This document shows, piece after piece, positions 29,291-40,990 of a stretch of 64,000 nt of DNA. The stretch comes from Sphingobacteriaceae bacterium (GTDB lineage Bacteria; Bacteroidota; Bacteroidia; UBA7662). The stretch's first letter is position 1, and every line of letters begins with the position of its first letter. The stretch covers positions 18,144 through 82,143 of the forward strand of contig PNNG01000030.1 of the NCBI GenBank assembly GCA_013824115.1, read 5' to 3'. Below the pieces are notes generated by a model, which saw only the letters and a list, made by a program, of their open reading frames with translations, made no database searches and was not told the origin of the DNA. Both the position numbers and the translations under genes were made by a program.

Positions 29291-30301
29291 ATGAATAAAC
29301 TTCCGACATTCTGTGCCCTGGCCGTTGTGCTTTTGCAAAGCCTTGGTTTGAGCGCGCAATCGGTAATACCTACTTCCTGGATAGCGCCGCCACCACGTGA
29401 CACCATTTCGCAATACCCCTATTGCACCAGCTTTGAGCAGGATGATTCGCTTTGGTTTGCGGCGCGTACAAGAGGTCAAGGATTGGGGTCTTTTGTCCGT
29501 GGCAATCCGCAAAAGCCCAGGATTTCGGGCGCGCGAACGGGCAGTGCTGCTTGGTACATTGGTCCCGATAGTACTTACAACAATTACGATTCATCGGTAT
29601 TGTACTTGCCTGCCTTCCAAGTTCAGAAAGACAGCCTCTACCTTATAGACTTTCACGCCAATTGGAGCATGGATTTTTTTCCTTGGGGAAGTGCCGTGTA
29701 TGGCGATGGTTTTACCATTGAACGGCACGTTGGTGTAATTGAATCGTGGGAGACATTTGGCCAATTAGATACCCTCGCGCCTTATTCCTGGTATAACTCG
29801 CTGGCTTTGGCGCTCCGTAATTTCAGTATTCCACCGAATAACTTTGGTTATGGGTGGACTGCTCGCTCGCAAGGATATGAACGTCAGCAGCAGCTGTATA
29901 AAGCCCCAGCCAATGGGGTATTGCGGTTGCGTTTTCGCTTTGGTTCCGACGATGCATTTACGGGAGAAGGTGTAGCGATTGATGATTTTTGCTTTCAGAA
30001 AATCAGTGCAGCAGCAGTAGCCACTTCTACAAAACCGAATGAAGATTTGATGGCAGTGAAGTTGTTTCCCAATCCTAGCAATGGTAGTAGCACACTGTCG
30101 ATGCATTTTAACCGCGCAGAAACCATCCGTTTGGTGGTTACAAACACATTAGGACAAGTAGTTTGGCAACGGCAACAACCGATTGAAGAAGGTGTGCAAC
30201 AAATGGAATTGCAACTACCTGCTGCAGCATATGGGCTACACTTTTTGCATTGGGAGAGTGCCACACAAAAAGGACACTTGCGCTGGCTGGTGCAACCTTG
30301 A
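29291..30301 (+). CDS. Secreted protein with T9SS C-terminal sorting domain
   Basis: Signal peptide ..LLQSLGLSAQ. The C-terminal approximately 80 aa, VKLFPNPSNGSSTLSMHF..VVTNTLGQVVW..LPAAAYGLHFL, is a typical type A T9SS CTD. Confidence 0.7.
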   Translation: MNKLPTFCALAVVLLQSLGLSAQSVIPTSWIAPPPRDTISQYPYCTSFEQDDSLWFAARTRGQGLGSFVRGNPQKPRISGARTGSAAWYIGPDSTYNNYDSSVLYLPAFQVQKDSLYLIDFHANWSMDFFPWGSAVYGDGFTIERHVGVIESWETFGQLDTLAPYSWYNSLALALRNFSIPPNNFGYGWTARSQGYERQQQLYKAPANGVLRLRFRFGSDDAFTGEGVAIDDFCFQKISAAAVATSTKPNEDLMAVKLFPNPSNGSSTLSMHFNRAETIRLVVTNTLGQVVWQRQQPIEEGVQQMELQLPAAAYGLHFLHWESATQKGHLRWLVQP

Positions 30302-30331
30302 ATTGCAAATGACTAAAAGTTTGTTGTATCC

Positions 30332-31156
30332 ATGAAAAGCCCATACATGAGCCTTAAACAAATTTTATATCCCACCAAGGTTCAGCCCGTGCTTTGGCTT
30401 TTTGCGGCTGTTTTACTCAGCCATTGCGGTAGGGTGTATCATGCGCCCATGAACCAACAAGTGACTTTGTTTAGGGAGGCGGGAGAGGCCAGCGTTCAAG
30501 CCGCTTACGGTCGTATTTCGGAGGATGGTCGGGCTGCCGATTTGCAAGGTGCTTGGGCAATCACCAAACGATTGGCCATGCAAGTGAATTTACAGGCCGC
30601 CTGGGGCTTTGATGATGGTGATCGCACGTTGCATGCTGCCAGAGGGGGCCAAATGTCGGCCGGATTGGGCTATTACAGGCCATTGGGTCGGTATTGGGTA
30701 GTAGAAAATTATGCCGGCTTGGGCATGAGCTACCAGCGTCATTTTTTTCCATTGAGTTGGTTTAATTCATCAGAATATATTTCGAGCACCTATGGCCAAG
30801 GCAATGGAGCCATTCCTAGAAACAGTGAGTTCGATTTCAGAGGTCTTTATGCCTACACCCAGCCAGCCATTGGATTTCGATGGAAATATTTCGAAGCAGC
30901 TTTGTCGACAAATATTCAATATGGCAACACCATGTTTGCGGGCTCTCGAAACGTTTCACTCAGGGATGGCGGCATGGTCTCCACGAAAGACAATCATCGG
31001 GTGTTTTTAGCTGAGCCTGCCTTTACGCTGCGATTGGTATTTCCTCATGTGAAAATTCAAACCCAAATGGTTTTGGTGCGTGAATTCACACAATCGGGTT
31101 TGAGGATGCCCACTGAGCGTATTTCTATTGGCATTTTTGTGCCGATTAAACGCTAG
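30332..31156 (+). CDS. Hypothetical lipoprotein or beta-barrel-like protein
   Basis: ..WLFAAVLLSHC lipobox-like signal. Gly/Tyr-rich. No family recognised. Confidence 0.45.
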   Translation: MKSPYMSLKQILYPTKVQPVLWLFAAVLLSHCGRVYHAPMNQQVTLFREAGEASVQAAYGRISEDGRAADLQGAWAITKRLAMQVNLQAAWGFDDGDRTLHAARGGQMSAGLGYYRPLGRYWVVENYAGLGMSYQRHFFPLSWFNSSEYISSTYGQGNGAIPRNSEFDFRGLYAYTQPAIGFRWKYFEAALSTNIQYGNTMFAGSRNVSLRDGGMVSTKDNHRVFLAEPAFTLRLVFPHVKIQTQMVLVREFTQSGLRMPTERISIGIFVPIKR

Positions 31157-31193
31157 GGGGTATTCCTATACAATGCAGGGTGCTAGTTGAATT

Positions 31194-31568
31194 TCAGCCG
31201 AACCTATTCGCCAAGCTATCCAAAAAAGGCTTCGCAATTTGTTCATTCAAAGCCGCATCTATTTTCACCTTGCCATTAAAAATCACCAAGGCATCTTCGA
31301 GTTTGGTGGCATATTCGGCGTAATCGTTCAGCACCAAGGTAAATCCAGCTTCGGGGTGCGGGTCAAAATGCGGGTCGTTGATGAGTACATCTAAGGCATC
31401 GAGCAGCTCTATCATGCTGTTGTTTTGTTCGGCCCCCAGGTTAAAGGCGTATCCATCGAAAGCATCCACGGCAAAAAAGAGGTGGCACAGGCCGTCTACT
31501 TCGGTTTCAATGGCCAAGCTAAACAAGGCGATGATGCTAGAGGCGGTTTTGGGTGGTTGAAAATCCAT
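31194..31568 (-). CDS. Hypothetical acidic protein
   Basis: Start trimmed to MDFQPPKTASS (ATG at 31568). 124 aa with no recognised motif. Lies downstream of meaB. Confidence 0.4.
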   Translation of the reverse strand: MDFQPPKTASSIIALFSLAIETEVDGLCHLFFAVDAFDGYAFNLGAEQNNSMIELLDALDVLINDPHFDPHPEAGFTLVLNDYAEYATKLEDALVIFNGKVKIDAALNEQIAKPFLDSLANRFG

Positions 31569-31608
31569 GGTGTAAGTTACGTCTGCTTGGGTAAAACTTA
31601 AAATTGAC

Positions 31609-32586
31609 TCAGCGGGTTTGTGCCAGCAGCCGGCGGGCAGCGGCATAAGGACTCATTTCGCCTTTGGCAACCGCCTGTTCTAACATATCAGCTAACTCCT
31701 TTTGACTGGCAGTACCTAACAGCCATTGCTCCAGCCGATGTCTCGTGAATTCATAAAAATGGTGCACCCGTTGCTCGGCGCGTTTTTGTTGGAGGTAGCC
31801 GTTGGGGCCGCATAAATCGGCATAGGAGCGCACGCTTTGCCATACTTCGTCTACACCGCTGCCATCGCGTGCCGAGCACAATTTGACGAGGGGCGCCCAC
31901 CCACCCGGATGAGGTGGGAAGAGGTGCAGCGCATTGCGGTAATTGGCCGCAGCTTGTTTGGCAGGCTGCAAATTATCGCCCTCGGCTTTGTTGATCACAA
32001 TCATATCGGCCATTTCCATGATGCCGCGTTTGATGCCTTGCAATTCATCGCCGGCACCACTCAACATCAGCAGCATGAAAAAATCTACCAGCGAGGCTAC
32101 TGCGGTTTCACTCTGACCTACGCCCACGGTTTCCACCAAAATGATATCGTAACCTGCGGCTTCGCACAACATCATGGCTTCCCAAGTGGCACGGGCTACG
32201 CCGCCCAGCGCTTTGCCGGCGGCTGTCGGGCGGATAAAGGCTTTTTCGTCGTACGCCAGCCGTTCCATGCGGGTTTTATCGCCCAAAATACTACCACCTG
32301 TTCTGCCACTGCTGGGGTCAACTGCCAAAACAGCTACGCGATGACCTGCAGCCGTGAGTTGTGTTCCCAGAGCATCGATGAAGGTACTTTTGCCCACCCC
32401 GGGAACGCCGGTAATGCCAATGCGCAGGCTGTTTCCGGTGAAGGGTAACACCATTTCCAGCAATTCGGCAGCAGCTTGCTCGTGCTGTGGGGCACTGCTT
32501 TCTACGAGGGTGATGGCGCGGGCCAAGGCGGCTCGTTGCTGCTGGCGCAAGGGCTCAAATAGCTCCAATGGTGAAGGAATAGACAT
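31609..32586 (-). CDS. meaB: Methylmalonyl-CoA mutase-associated GTPase MeaB (ArgK)
   Basis: Start trimmed to MSIPSPL. Motifs are [14 protein letters not shown] (P-loop), [28 protein letters not shown] and INKAEGDN. Confidence 0.9.
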   Translation of the reverse strand: MSIPSPLELFEPLRQQQRAALARAITLVESSAPQHEQAAAELLEMVLPFTGNSLRIGITGVPGVGKSTFIDALGTQLTAAGHRVAVLAVDPSSGRTGGSILGDKTRMERLAYDEKAFIRPTAAGKALGGVARATWEAMMLCEAAGYDIILVETVGVGQSETAVASLVDFFMLLMLSGAGDELQGIKRGIMEMADMIVINKAEGDNLQPAKQAAANYRNALHLFPPHPGGWAPLVKLCSARDGSGVDEVWQSVRSYADLCGPNGYLQQKRAEQRVHHFYEFTRHRLEQWLLGTASQKELADMLEQAVAKGEMSPYAAARRLLAQTR

Positions 32587-32587
32587 G

Positions 32588-33944
32588 TTAAGGCAAAGGT
32601 TTACGGTACCATACCCAATCGGGCACCACTGTAACTGCATCGCGGGTGGTGGCTTTCAGAGGCCTTTGCGTTTTCCAACGCACGTACCAGGCTCCCGGTT
32701 TGAGCGTATCGCCAAAGTGATGATAGGTGATTGGCCTGTTTAACATATAGGCAATATAGTGACCATCTACATCGGTTGCAAATACGAGGGCTGAGTCGGG
32801 CAGGGCTGCTTGTATGAGCCCTATGGGTGCTTGTGGGTCGCGCAGCGACTGGTCATTGAAGCTCCAACCCCGGGTGTAGACGTCGCGGGCTGGAGGTACA
32901 ATTTGCAGCAAAGAAACTATGGAGGCTATTGCCAGCGTTGAAATCAGCCACTTTGGCGGAAGGGACTTGATGAGGAAAGCAGCCAGCAAAACAGCGGGCA
33001 ACAATAAGGGCGATAACATGCGTGCATCTAATGGAATTTGGTTGTCGATGGTAGATTTGGCTACCACCAACAGTGTCACATACAAGACCGAGCCGCCCAA
33101 CCATACCGCCCATAGCAGCGGGACTTTTTGCCGTTTGATTACCACAAAGAGCAAGCCCGTAACCGCTACAATCACCAATCCGGTCCACGAAAAGCTCACC
33201 TCCAAGGCTTGGCTGAATTCATCGCTGCCTGCCCATTCCCAAAAGTACTTGCGCGAGTGCAAAGCGCCGGCCATTACTTTGTTTCTGATGGTCCACAACG
33301 CAAATGGCAGGAGGGCCAAAGCCGAAAAGAGCAAGCTGTTGCGCCAACGATGCGTGCTTACCGCAAAAAACAGCCATAAAACAAGCAAGGGCAACATGAA
33401 CAAGCCGGCATAACGCACCAAAACCGATAATCCGGCCGCTAAACCAGCCACCACCAACCACCACAAGCGCTTTTTTTCTATCCAAAGGCTCATGGTAAGT
33501 GCCGACAAAAGCAGCAAACTCAAATACAAAGGCTCCGACCAAATGTGCCAGTGGATGCTGAAGAAGGCATAGGATCCGGCTACTACCAATACCATCAAAC
33601 CACTGCCAAACCAGGAAAGCCCGTGCTTTTTAGCAAGCAAAGCAATCATCAGGAGGTTAATGAAGGCCAAAAAAGGCAGGAGTATGGGGGTGATTTCCAC
33701 TGGACTATTGCCGCTTAACCACGCCAAAAGCGCCAGTAAGCCCGAAAAAAGAGGGGCATAATGCACTTCTGGCAGTACCGAGCCCCAATACATATTTGAA
33801 AAAGTGCCGGTCTTTAACCAATAACTTGCTCCTTCGAGGTAGTACAGAGAGTCGTGCGTGGCAGCCGGACCAAACCGGTCTATCGAAGCAAAAGCCAAGC
33901 AAATGCCAAGCGCCAAAACGAAAGGGACAAACTGCCCCCAGCGC

Positions 33945-33952
<8 letters not shown>
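32588..33952 (-). CDS. Polytopic membrane protein, GT-C fold glycosyltransferase-like (ArnT/PMT_2-like)
   Basis: 454 aa with roughly 11 hydrophobic segments. The first loop ..[17 protein letters not shown] resembles the DExxY loop of the GT39/83 families, and a soluble C-terminal domain follows. The family call is tentative. Confidence 0.45.
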
Positions 33953-36073
<2,121 letters not shown>

Positions 36074-36077
<4 letters not shown>

Positions 36078-37819
36078 CGGGCAAGCAGTTTGGTGGCCAG
36101 CTGTTCGAGGGTGTCGAGCAGGTTGGCGCGCAGGTGGATGAAGGTATTGAATCCGGCGGCCCGGAAATCGGCTTCGGATTCGCCGGGAGCACCGGCTAAA
36201 ATGAGCTCGGTTTTGCCTGCCAGTATTTGGCCGAGGGCCGGAACAGCGCATGCCCAACTGGCATCGTCGCTGCACAGCACCACGGCATCGGCTCCGGCAG
36301 CCAGGGCAGCGGCGGCACCGGTTTCGGGACTTTCGAATGCACTGTTCGAAAGCAGCTCAAAGCCCGCGCAACCTAAAAAATTGCTGCTGAAATTGAGGCG
36401 TGCCATGCGCATGGCCACATCGCCCAAGGGCAAAAGGAAAATGCGGGGTTGTTTTTTGGCCGTGGCCACGCGGTGACGCAGGCGGTCGAAGGCGTTGTGG
36501 ATGCTATTGGAATTCCAATCAGCCAGCGATTCAGGCGCGTTGGGGTATTGGTTTACACCCACCCGGATTTGTTTGCGCGAGGCCAAGGCTTTTTCACGCT
36601 GGGCAGCACCTTCGCTTAGCAATTGCTGCAGGGCACCGCTTTGTTGCCAGGTACTGAAGCCGCCGGCTGCTTCTATGATTTGAAACAGCTTCCAGGCTTT
36701 TTCGCCTACTTGGTTGCTGAGGTTTTCGAGGAAATAGGCGCCGGCAGCAGGGTCAACTACCTGACCTAGCTGGGCCTCATGATGTAGCAAAAGTTGAATT
36801 TGAAGCGAAAGTTCTTGCGAAAAATCATCGCCTCCCTGAATGGGTGCATCAAAAGGGAGCAGGGTAAGGCTTTGCACCCCACCGGCAACTGCTGCCATGC
36901 CCATGGTGGTGAGGCGCAGGAGGTTGGTGTGCCGGTCGAGGCTAAACAAGGCCTGTCGGCCGCTGACGGCATGCAAGGTGGTGGCATGGCTGCAGCTGTG
37001 CTTGGGTTGGTACGGTACCAATACTTGCGACCAGGCCTGGCGGAAGGCACGCAAACGGGCCATTTCTGCAAAATAATCGGTATCGAGGGCCAGCTGGAAT
37101 TGTATCAGTGGTGCTGCTTCGTCGGGAGTGAGTCCAGCCGACACCAGGCTGAAGAGCAATTCATGTCCTGCGGCGAGTGCCAAAGCGGTTTCTTCAACCA
37201 ATCCCGCGCCCTGCTCGCGGAAATGGGCAGTATGCAGGCAAAAGGGATTGAAAGTAGGGAAGTGCTGGCGGTAAAAATCGGCCAGGGCCCGGCGATCGGT
37301 TGGGAGTTGCGCGGGGGTATAGGCCAGGCAGCCGCGCAAGGCAAAGGGACTGATGGCGAGTTGTTTGGTCCAGCCCAGCAGCCAGTTTCCCAGTTGCAAT
37401 CCATCTACTCCCGAAAAGCCCATGGCGATGTACTGCGGGGCAATACCTGCTACCAGTGCCAAAAAATCGGATTCTGAGTTCAATGTGCCATCGAACCAAA
37501 GTGCATCTGCTCCATGGTTGAGTGCATGCAGGGCTTGCCTGTTGCCTTCTTTGGGGTGGTTAAAAGCGATGTAAGCCGTTGCGGTCCAGTGGTTGTTGGC
37601 CGTACGCAAGCCGCGGCGGTAAGGGTATTCACCGGGCAGGTAGTGGGCAACGCCAGCTGGTCGTTCGGCTGCTGAATAATAAGGCGCTAATTCCAAGCCG
37701 TCGGGCGTGCGGTGACGCAGCTTGTCGAGCGGGGCTCCTTTCAATTCCTTGGTGGCGGCTTGCTCCCAATCGGCCAGCGACTGTGGGGCAAAACCCTCCC
37801 AAAACGATGATTCCGACAT
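36074..37819 (-). CDS. mutA: Methylmalonyl-CoA mutase small (beta) subunit
   Basis: 581 aa mutase-like protein without the DxHxxG histidine loop. It lies directly upstream of, and is translationally coupled to, the large subunit. Confidence 0.8.
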
Positions 37820-38071
37820 CTGATAAGGGGTTTGGGTGGTAGGTGCTGCGAAGTTACGGCTTTTAGGGATAGGAAGAGGTGATTAGTGGATAAAATAGTC
37901 TGAATTATTTGTAGTGTGCCCTGAGCTGCCAAATGCGGCGCTATGTGCTTACACGCTGGGTGCTTGGCGTTGGCGCACTGCCGATTAAAAAGTCATTAAT
38001 TCAGTACTCAGTACGTGTGTTTTTGCTCATTGTTAATGACTTGTTTGTATGTTGCTAGCAAATCAGATGAT

Positions 38072-38563
38072 ATGCTACGTAGTATTTCTTTCCTCGCTGT
38101 CTTAGGATTGTTGGTATTTGCTTCGTGTGAAAAAGAGCAAAGCCCCATTCTATACCCCGAAAACGGTTAGTCGGGCCCCAATATCCTGGCAGCCGACCGA
38201 ATGAACTACCCGAGAGAGGTAAGCTTAGAGGCCGATTTGGGTGAAGCGAATCAGTTGCGGGTAGTTATTAAAGGCATCACCTCTTACACCCGCAGAGACA
38301 CCTTAGGGCCATTGTCTAACGGAGCTTTTGATATACGCACGGTGTATCGTGGCATGTGGTGGTGGCAAATGGGCAAGCAACACAATGCGTTTGTCGACAA
38401 AATGGATTATGAAGATCCTTTTTCACAGCAAATGCAGAGCGTAGATGCCCGCGGAAAAGTGACCGCGAAATTGTCGTTTGACAGGGGTTTTTCCTACATC
38501 GTGGAGATTAACGAAAACAACGCTACACAACCTACCCGGGTAAAGCAGATTCAAGTGGAATAA
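38072..38563 (+). pseudogene. Lipoprotein gene interrupted by an in-frame TAG (codon 33)
   Basis: The ATG at 38072 gives MLRSISFLAVLGLLVFASCEKEQSPILYPENG, then TAG at 38168-38170. The same frame continues as SGPNILAADRMNYPREV... to the stop at 38563. The track ORF 38201..38563 is the downstream part. Confidence 0.6.
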
Positions 38564-38627
38564 CATCTCTTACTGGCACGATAAACAGCACGCAGATACA
38601 GCCCATTGGGGAATTTCCCCATGGCAA

Positions 38628-38659
38628 AAGCCCGACTGACATTCGGGCTTTTTGTTTTT
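38628..38659 (+). terminator. Rho-independent terminator
   Basis: Hairpin aagcccga..tcgggctt followed by tttgttttt. Confidence 0.7.
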
Positions 38660-38960
38660 GAGCAACCATCGCCAGGCAAATGCTTTCTGTGTAGCTGACT
38701 ATGGCTGAGGTGGTTTACCAGTACGAACGGGTCGTGTTAAAAAGCAGGCATCGCGCATTTTCATCCATCCATAAAATGAACATGTTGCTTGCACATGAAT
38801 GTACTTGACACTTGCCTTTGATATGGTTTTTCAGGCGATTTTTTTTGTGTTTAAAGCATAATTCTTCCTTCGCTTGGAAGCAGTTTTTTTGCTTTCTATT
38901 TTCGTTAAGCCCCATGTGAAGAAACAAAATCAAAGGGCTAACTAATTTGAATTCAACTAA

Positions 38961-39503
38961 ATGCCCATGCAGATGGAAGATCAGAAACTGCAAGTTCCTA
39001 TAGGGACAATCATAGCACGTATTTACGAGGTGCGAGGAAAAAAGGTGATGCTCGACAAAGATTTGGCTGCCTTGTATGAGGTTACCACAGGTAACTTAAA
39101 CAAGGCTGTTTTGAGAAACATGCAGCGTTTCCCCGAGGATTTCATGTTTGAGCTTACCGAAGAGGAGTGGGAATGGCTAAAGCCCGAAGTAGAGCAATCG
39201 GGTTGGGGCGGTACCAGGCGCCTACCACGGGTATTCACCGAGCAAGGGGTTGCCATGCTTTCTGGTGTTCTCAATAGCGAGCGGGCCATCAAGGTAAACA
39301 TCCAAATCATGCGGGCTTACAGCAAGGTGCGGGAGATGTTGCTCACACATCGCGATATACTGTTAAAAATGGAGGATATAGAGCGACGAATGAATCAACA
39401 AGATGCCCAAGTAGGACAAGTATTCGAATACCTTCGCCGGTTTGTGGAAGATAATAACCGTCCTCGTCCACGAATTGGTTTCCGTTCAGATGACCTCTCT
39501 TGA
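38961..39503 (+). CDS. ORF6N domain (KilA-N-like) DNA-binding protein
   Basis: IYEVRGKKVMLDKDLAALYEVTTGNLNKAVLRNMQRFPEDFMFELTEEE is the canonical ORF6N signature, followed by a coiled-coil-like tail. Confidence 0.8.
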   Translation: MPMQMEDQKLQVPIGTIIARIYEVRGKKVMLDKDLAALYEVTTGNLNKAVLRNMQRFPEDFMFELTEEEWEWLKPEVEQSGWGGTRRLPRVFTEQGVAMLSGVLNSERAIKVNIQIMRAYSKVREMLLTHRDILLKMEDIERRMNQQDAQVGQVFEYLRRFVEDNNRPRPRIGFRSDDLS

Positions 39504-40127
39504 TATTCCAATCTGGAATATCAAGAGAGTGGCTTGTTTAACTTGACCTTCCAAATTGGAATAGCAAGAGCGTGGTTTGCAGAACTTGACCTTCCAGATT
39601 GGAATATCAAGAGGGTGGTTTGCTTAACTTGACCTTCCAAATTGAAATATCAAGAGGGTGTTCGTTGAACTTGACCTTCCAAATTGGAATAGCAAGAGGA
39701 TGGTTTACCGAACTTGACCTTCCAGATTGGAATATCAATAGGGTGGTTTGCACAACTTGACCTTCCAAATTGGAATATCAAGAGGGTGTTCGTTGAACTT
39801 GACCTTCCAAATTGGAATAGCAAGAAGATGGTTTACCGAACTTGACCTTCCAAATTGGAATATCAAGAGGGTGTTCGTTGAACTTGACCTTCCAAATTGG
39901 AATAGCAAGAGGGAATTCGTTGAACTTGACCTTCCAAATTGGAATAGCAAGAGGGTGGTTTGCCCAACTTGACCTTCCAGATTGGAATATCAAGAGGGTG
40001 GTTTACCGAACTTGACCTTCCAGATTGGAATATCAAGAGGGTGGTTTACCGAACTTGACCTTCCAGATTGGAATATCAAGAGGGTGGTTTGCCCAACTTG
40101 ACCTTCCAAATTGGAAGGTCAAGTTGG
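39495..40127. repeat. Tandem array of 13 full 42/43-bp units capped by two perfect 35-bp palindromes
   Basis: AACTTGACC unit starts read at 39540, 39583, 39626, 39668, 39711, 39754, 39796, 39839, 39881, 39923, 39966, 40009, 40052 and 40095 (the last is terminal and partial). The 5' cap at 39495-39529 is a 16-3-16 palindrome and the 3' cap at 40093-40127 is a 17-1-17 palindrome. Confidence 0.95.
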
Positions 40128-40143
40128 ATTCAAGCACTATTGC

Positions 40144-40875
40144 CTAAAACAACCCTTCCAACCAATTGCCCACTGCATAGCTTACCATGGCCGCCGCAGC
40201 ACCCAAAGCCAAGGTTTCGAGCATGCCTTTCCATTTCGAAGTTTGGGTAACGTAGGTCTTCATCCAGCCGATGAATAAAAAGGCCACGCCGGTCATCACC
40301 GAGGAAATAGCGAAGAGGTTGAATCCGGTGGGATTACAATAGTCGTATAAATAAACCAGCAAAGGAATGAGGCCCACCACCACAAAGCTGCCAAAAGTAA
40401 CCGCGCCCATGGCCAAAGGTGAACGGCTTTCTTCCATCATTTCGAGCTCTTCTTTCATCATCACATCTACCCAGCGGTCTTTGTCGGCCGTGATTACTTC
40501 AACTACCTGCTCCAACAGTGCGCCATCAAAGCCTTTGGCGCGGTAGATTTCGCGGATTTCTTCTTTTTCCTTTTCGGGAAGGTGCTCTACCTCCCAATAT
40601 TCTACTTTTTTGTGCTTGTCGTAATTGTCCTGCTCACTCTGCTTGCTCAAGTACGAGCCCACGCTCATGGCAAAACCGTCGGCCAGCAAATTGGCAAAAC
40701 CCAGGATGATTACCACCTGCGCTGAAAGTCCGGCCCCTGCAGCCCCCGCCACCACCGCAAAAGTGGTCACACTGCCATCGATGCCGCCATACACAAATTC
40801 ACCTAGGTAATCGCTGAATTTGGTCATGAAGCCTTTGTCTTGCTGGTGTAATTTGCGTTCGTGCGTATTGCCCAT
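40144..40875 (-). CDS. VIT1/CCC1 family iron/manganese transporter
   Basis: [24 protein letters not shown], an [11 protein letters not shown] central helix region, and C-terminal TMs. The MGNTHERK start (40875) is preferred because a TAnnTTTG box lies at 40891-40898. Confidence 0.8.
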   Translation of the reverse strand: MGNTHERKLHQQDKGFMTKFSDYLGEFVYGGIDGSVTTFAVVAGAAGAGLSAQVVIILGFANLLADGFAMSVGSYLSKQSEQDNYDKHKKVEYWEVEHLPEKEKEEIREIYRAKGFDGALLEQVVEVITADKDRWVDVMMKEELEMMEESRSPLAMGAVTFGSFVVVGLIPLLVYLYDYCNPTGFNLFAISSVMTGVAFLFIGWMKTYVTQTSKWKGMLETLALGAAAAMVSYAVGNWLEGLF

Positions 40876-40890
40876 AAAAAATGCTTTGCA

Positions 40891-40898
40891 CAAATATA
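40891..40898 (-). promoter_or_regulatory. Candidate -7 promoter box (TAtaTTTG on the minus strand) for the VIT1 gene
   Basis: Plus-strand caaatata is minus-strand tatatttg, 16 nt upstream of the ATG at 40875. Motif match only. Confidence 0.3.
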
Positions 40899-40961
40899 GA
40901 ACCTTTGGGGCATTGCAGGGGTTGCTATTAGCGCAAGGCCACCGCCTTGTTACCTATTTCC

Positions 40962-40969
40962 TATCTTTG
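40962..40969 (+). promoter_or_regulatory. Candidate -7 promoter box (TAtcTTTG) for ribBA
   Basis: tatctttg lies 22 nt upstream of the ATG at 40991. Motif match only. Confidence 0.3.
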
Positions 40970-40990
40970 CAGCCAATTTTGAATACAACC

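Noticed and set aside
37820-38070. A cobalamin riboswitch upstream of the mcm operon
   Set aside because: No B12-box-like GCCACTG core or surrounding conserved helices were seen on the minus strand. Mutase operons use B12 as a cofactor but are not typically riboswitch-controlled.
39495-40127. A CRISPR array
   Set aside because: The whole 42/43-bp period is conserved. The would-be spacers are only 11-12 nt and fall into two or three nearly identical classes. No cas genes lie nearby. This is a tandem repeat, not a repeat-spacer array.
39735-40250. Track ORFs 39735..39950 (-), 39748..39972 (+), 39778..39993 (-) and 40068..40250 (+) as protein-coding genes
   Set aside because: They are open only because the tandem repeat lacks stops in several frames, and their translations are periodic copies of the repeat (..LTFQIGI../..IPIWKVKF..). 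The last one also overlaps the VIT1 gene.
40894-40990. An FMN riboswitch upstream of ribBA
   Set aside because: The leader is under 100 nt and lacks the conserved FMN-element core segments. Only a promoter-like TAnnTTTG box is visible.
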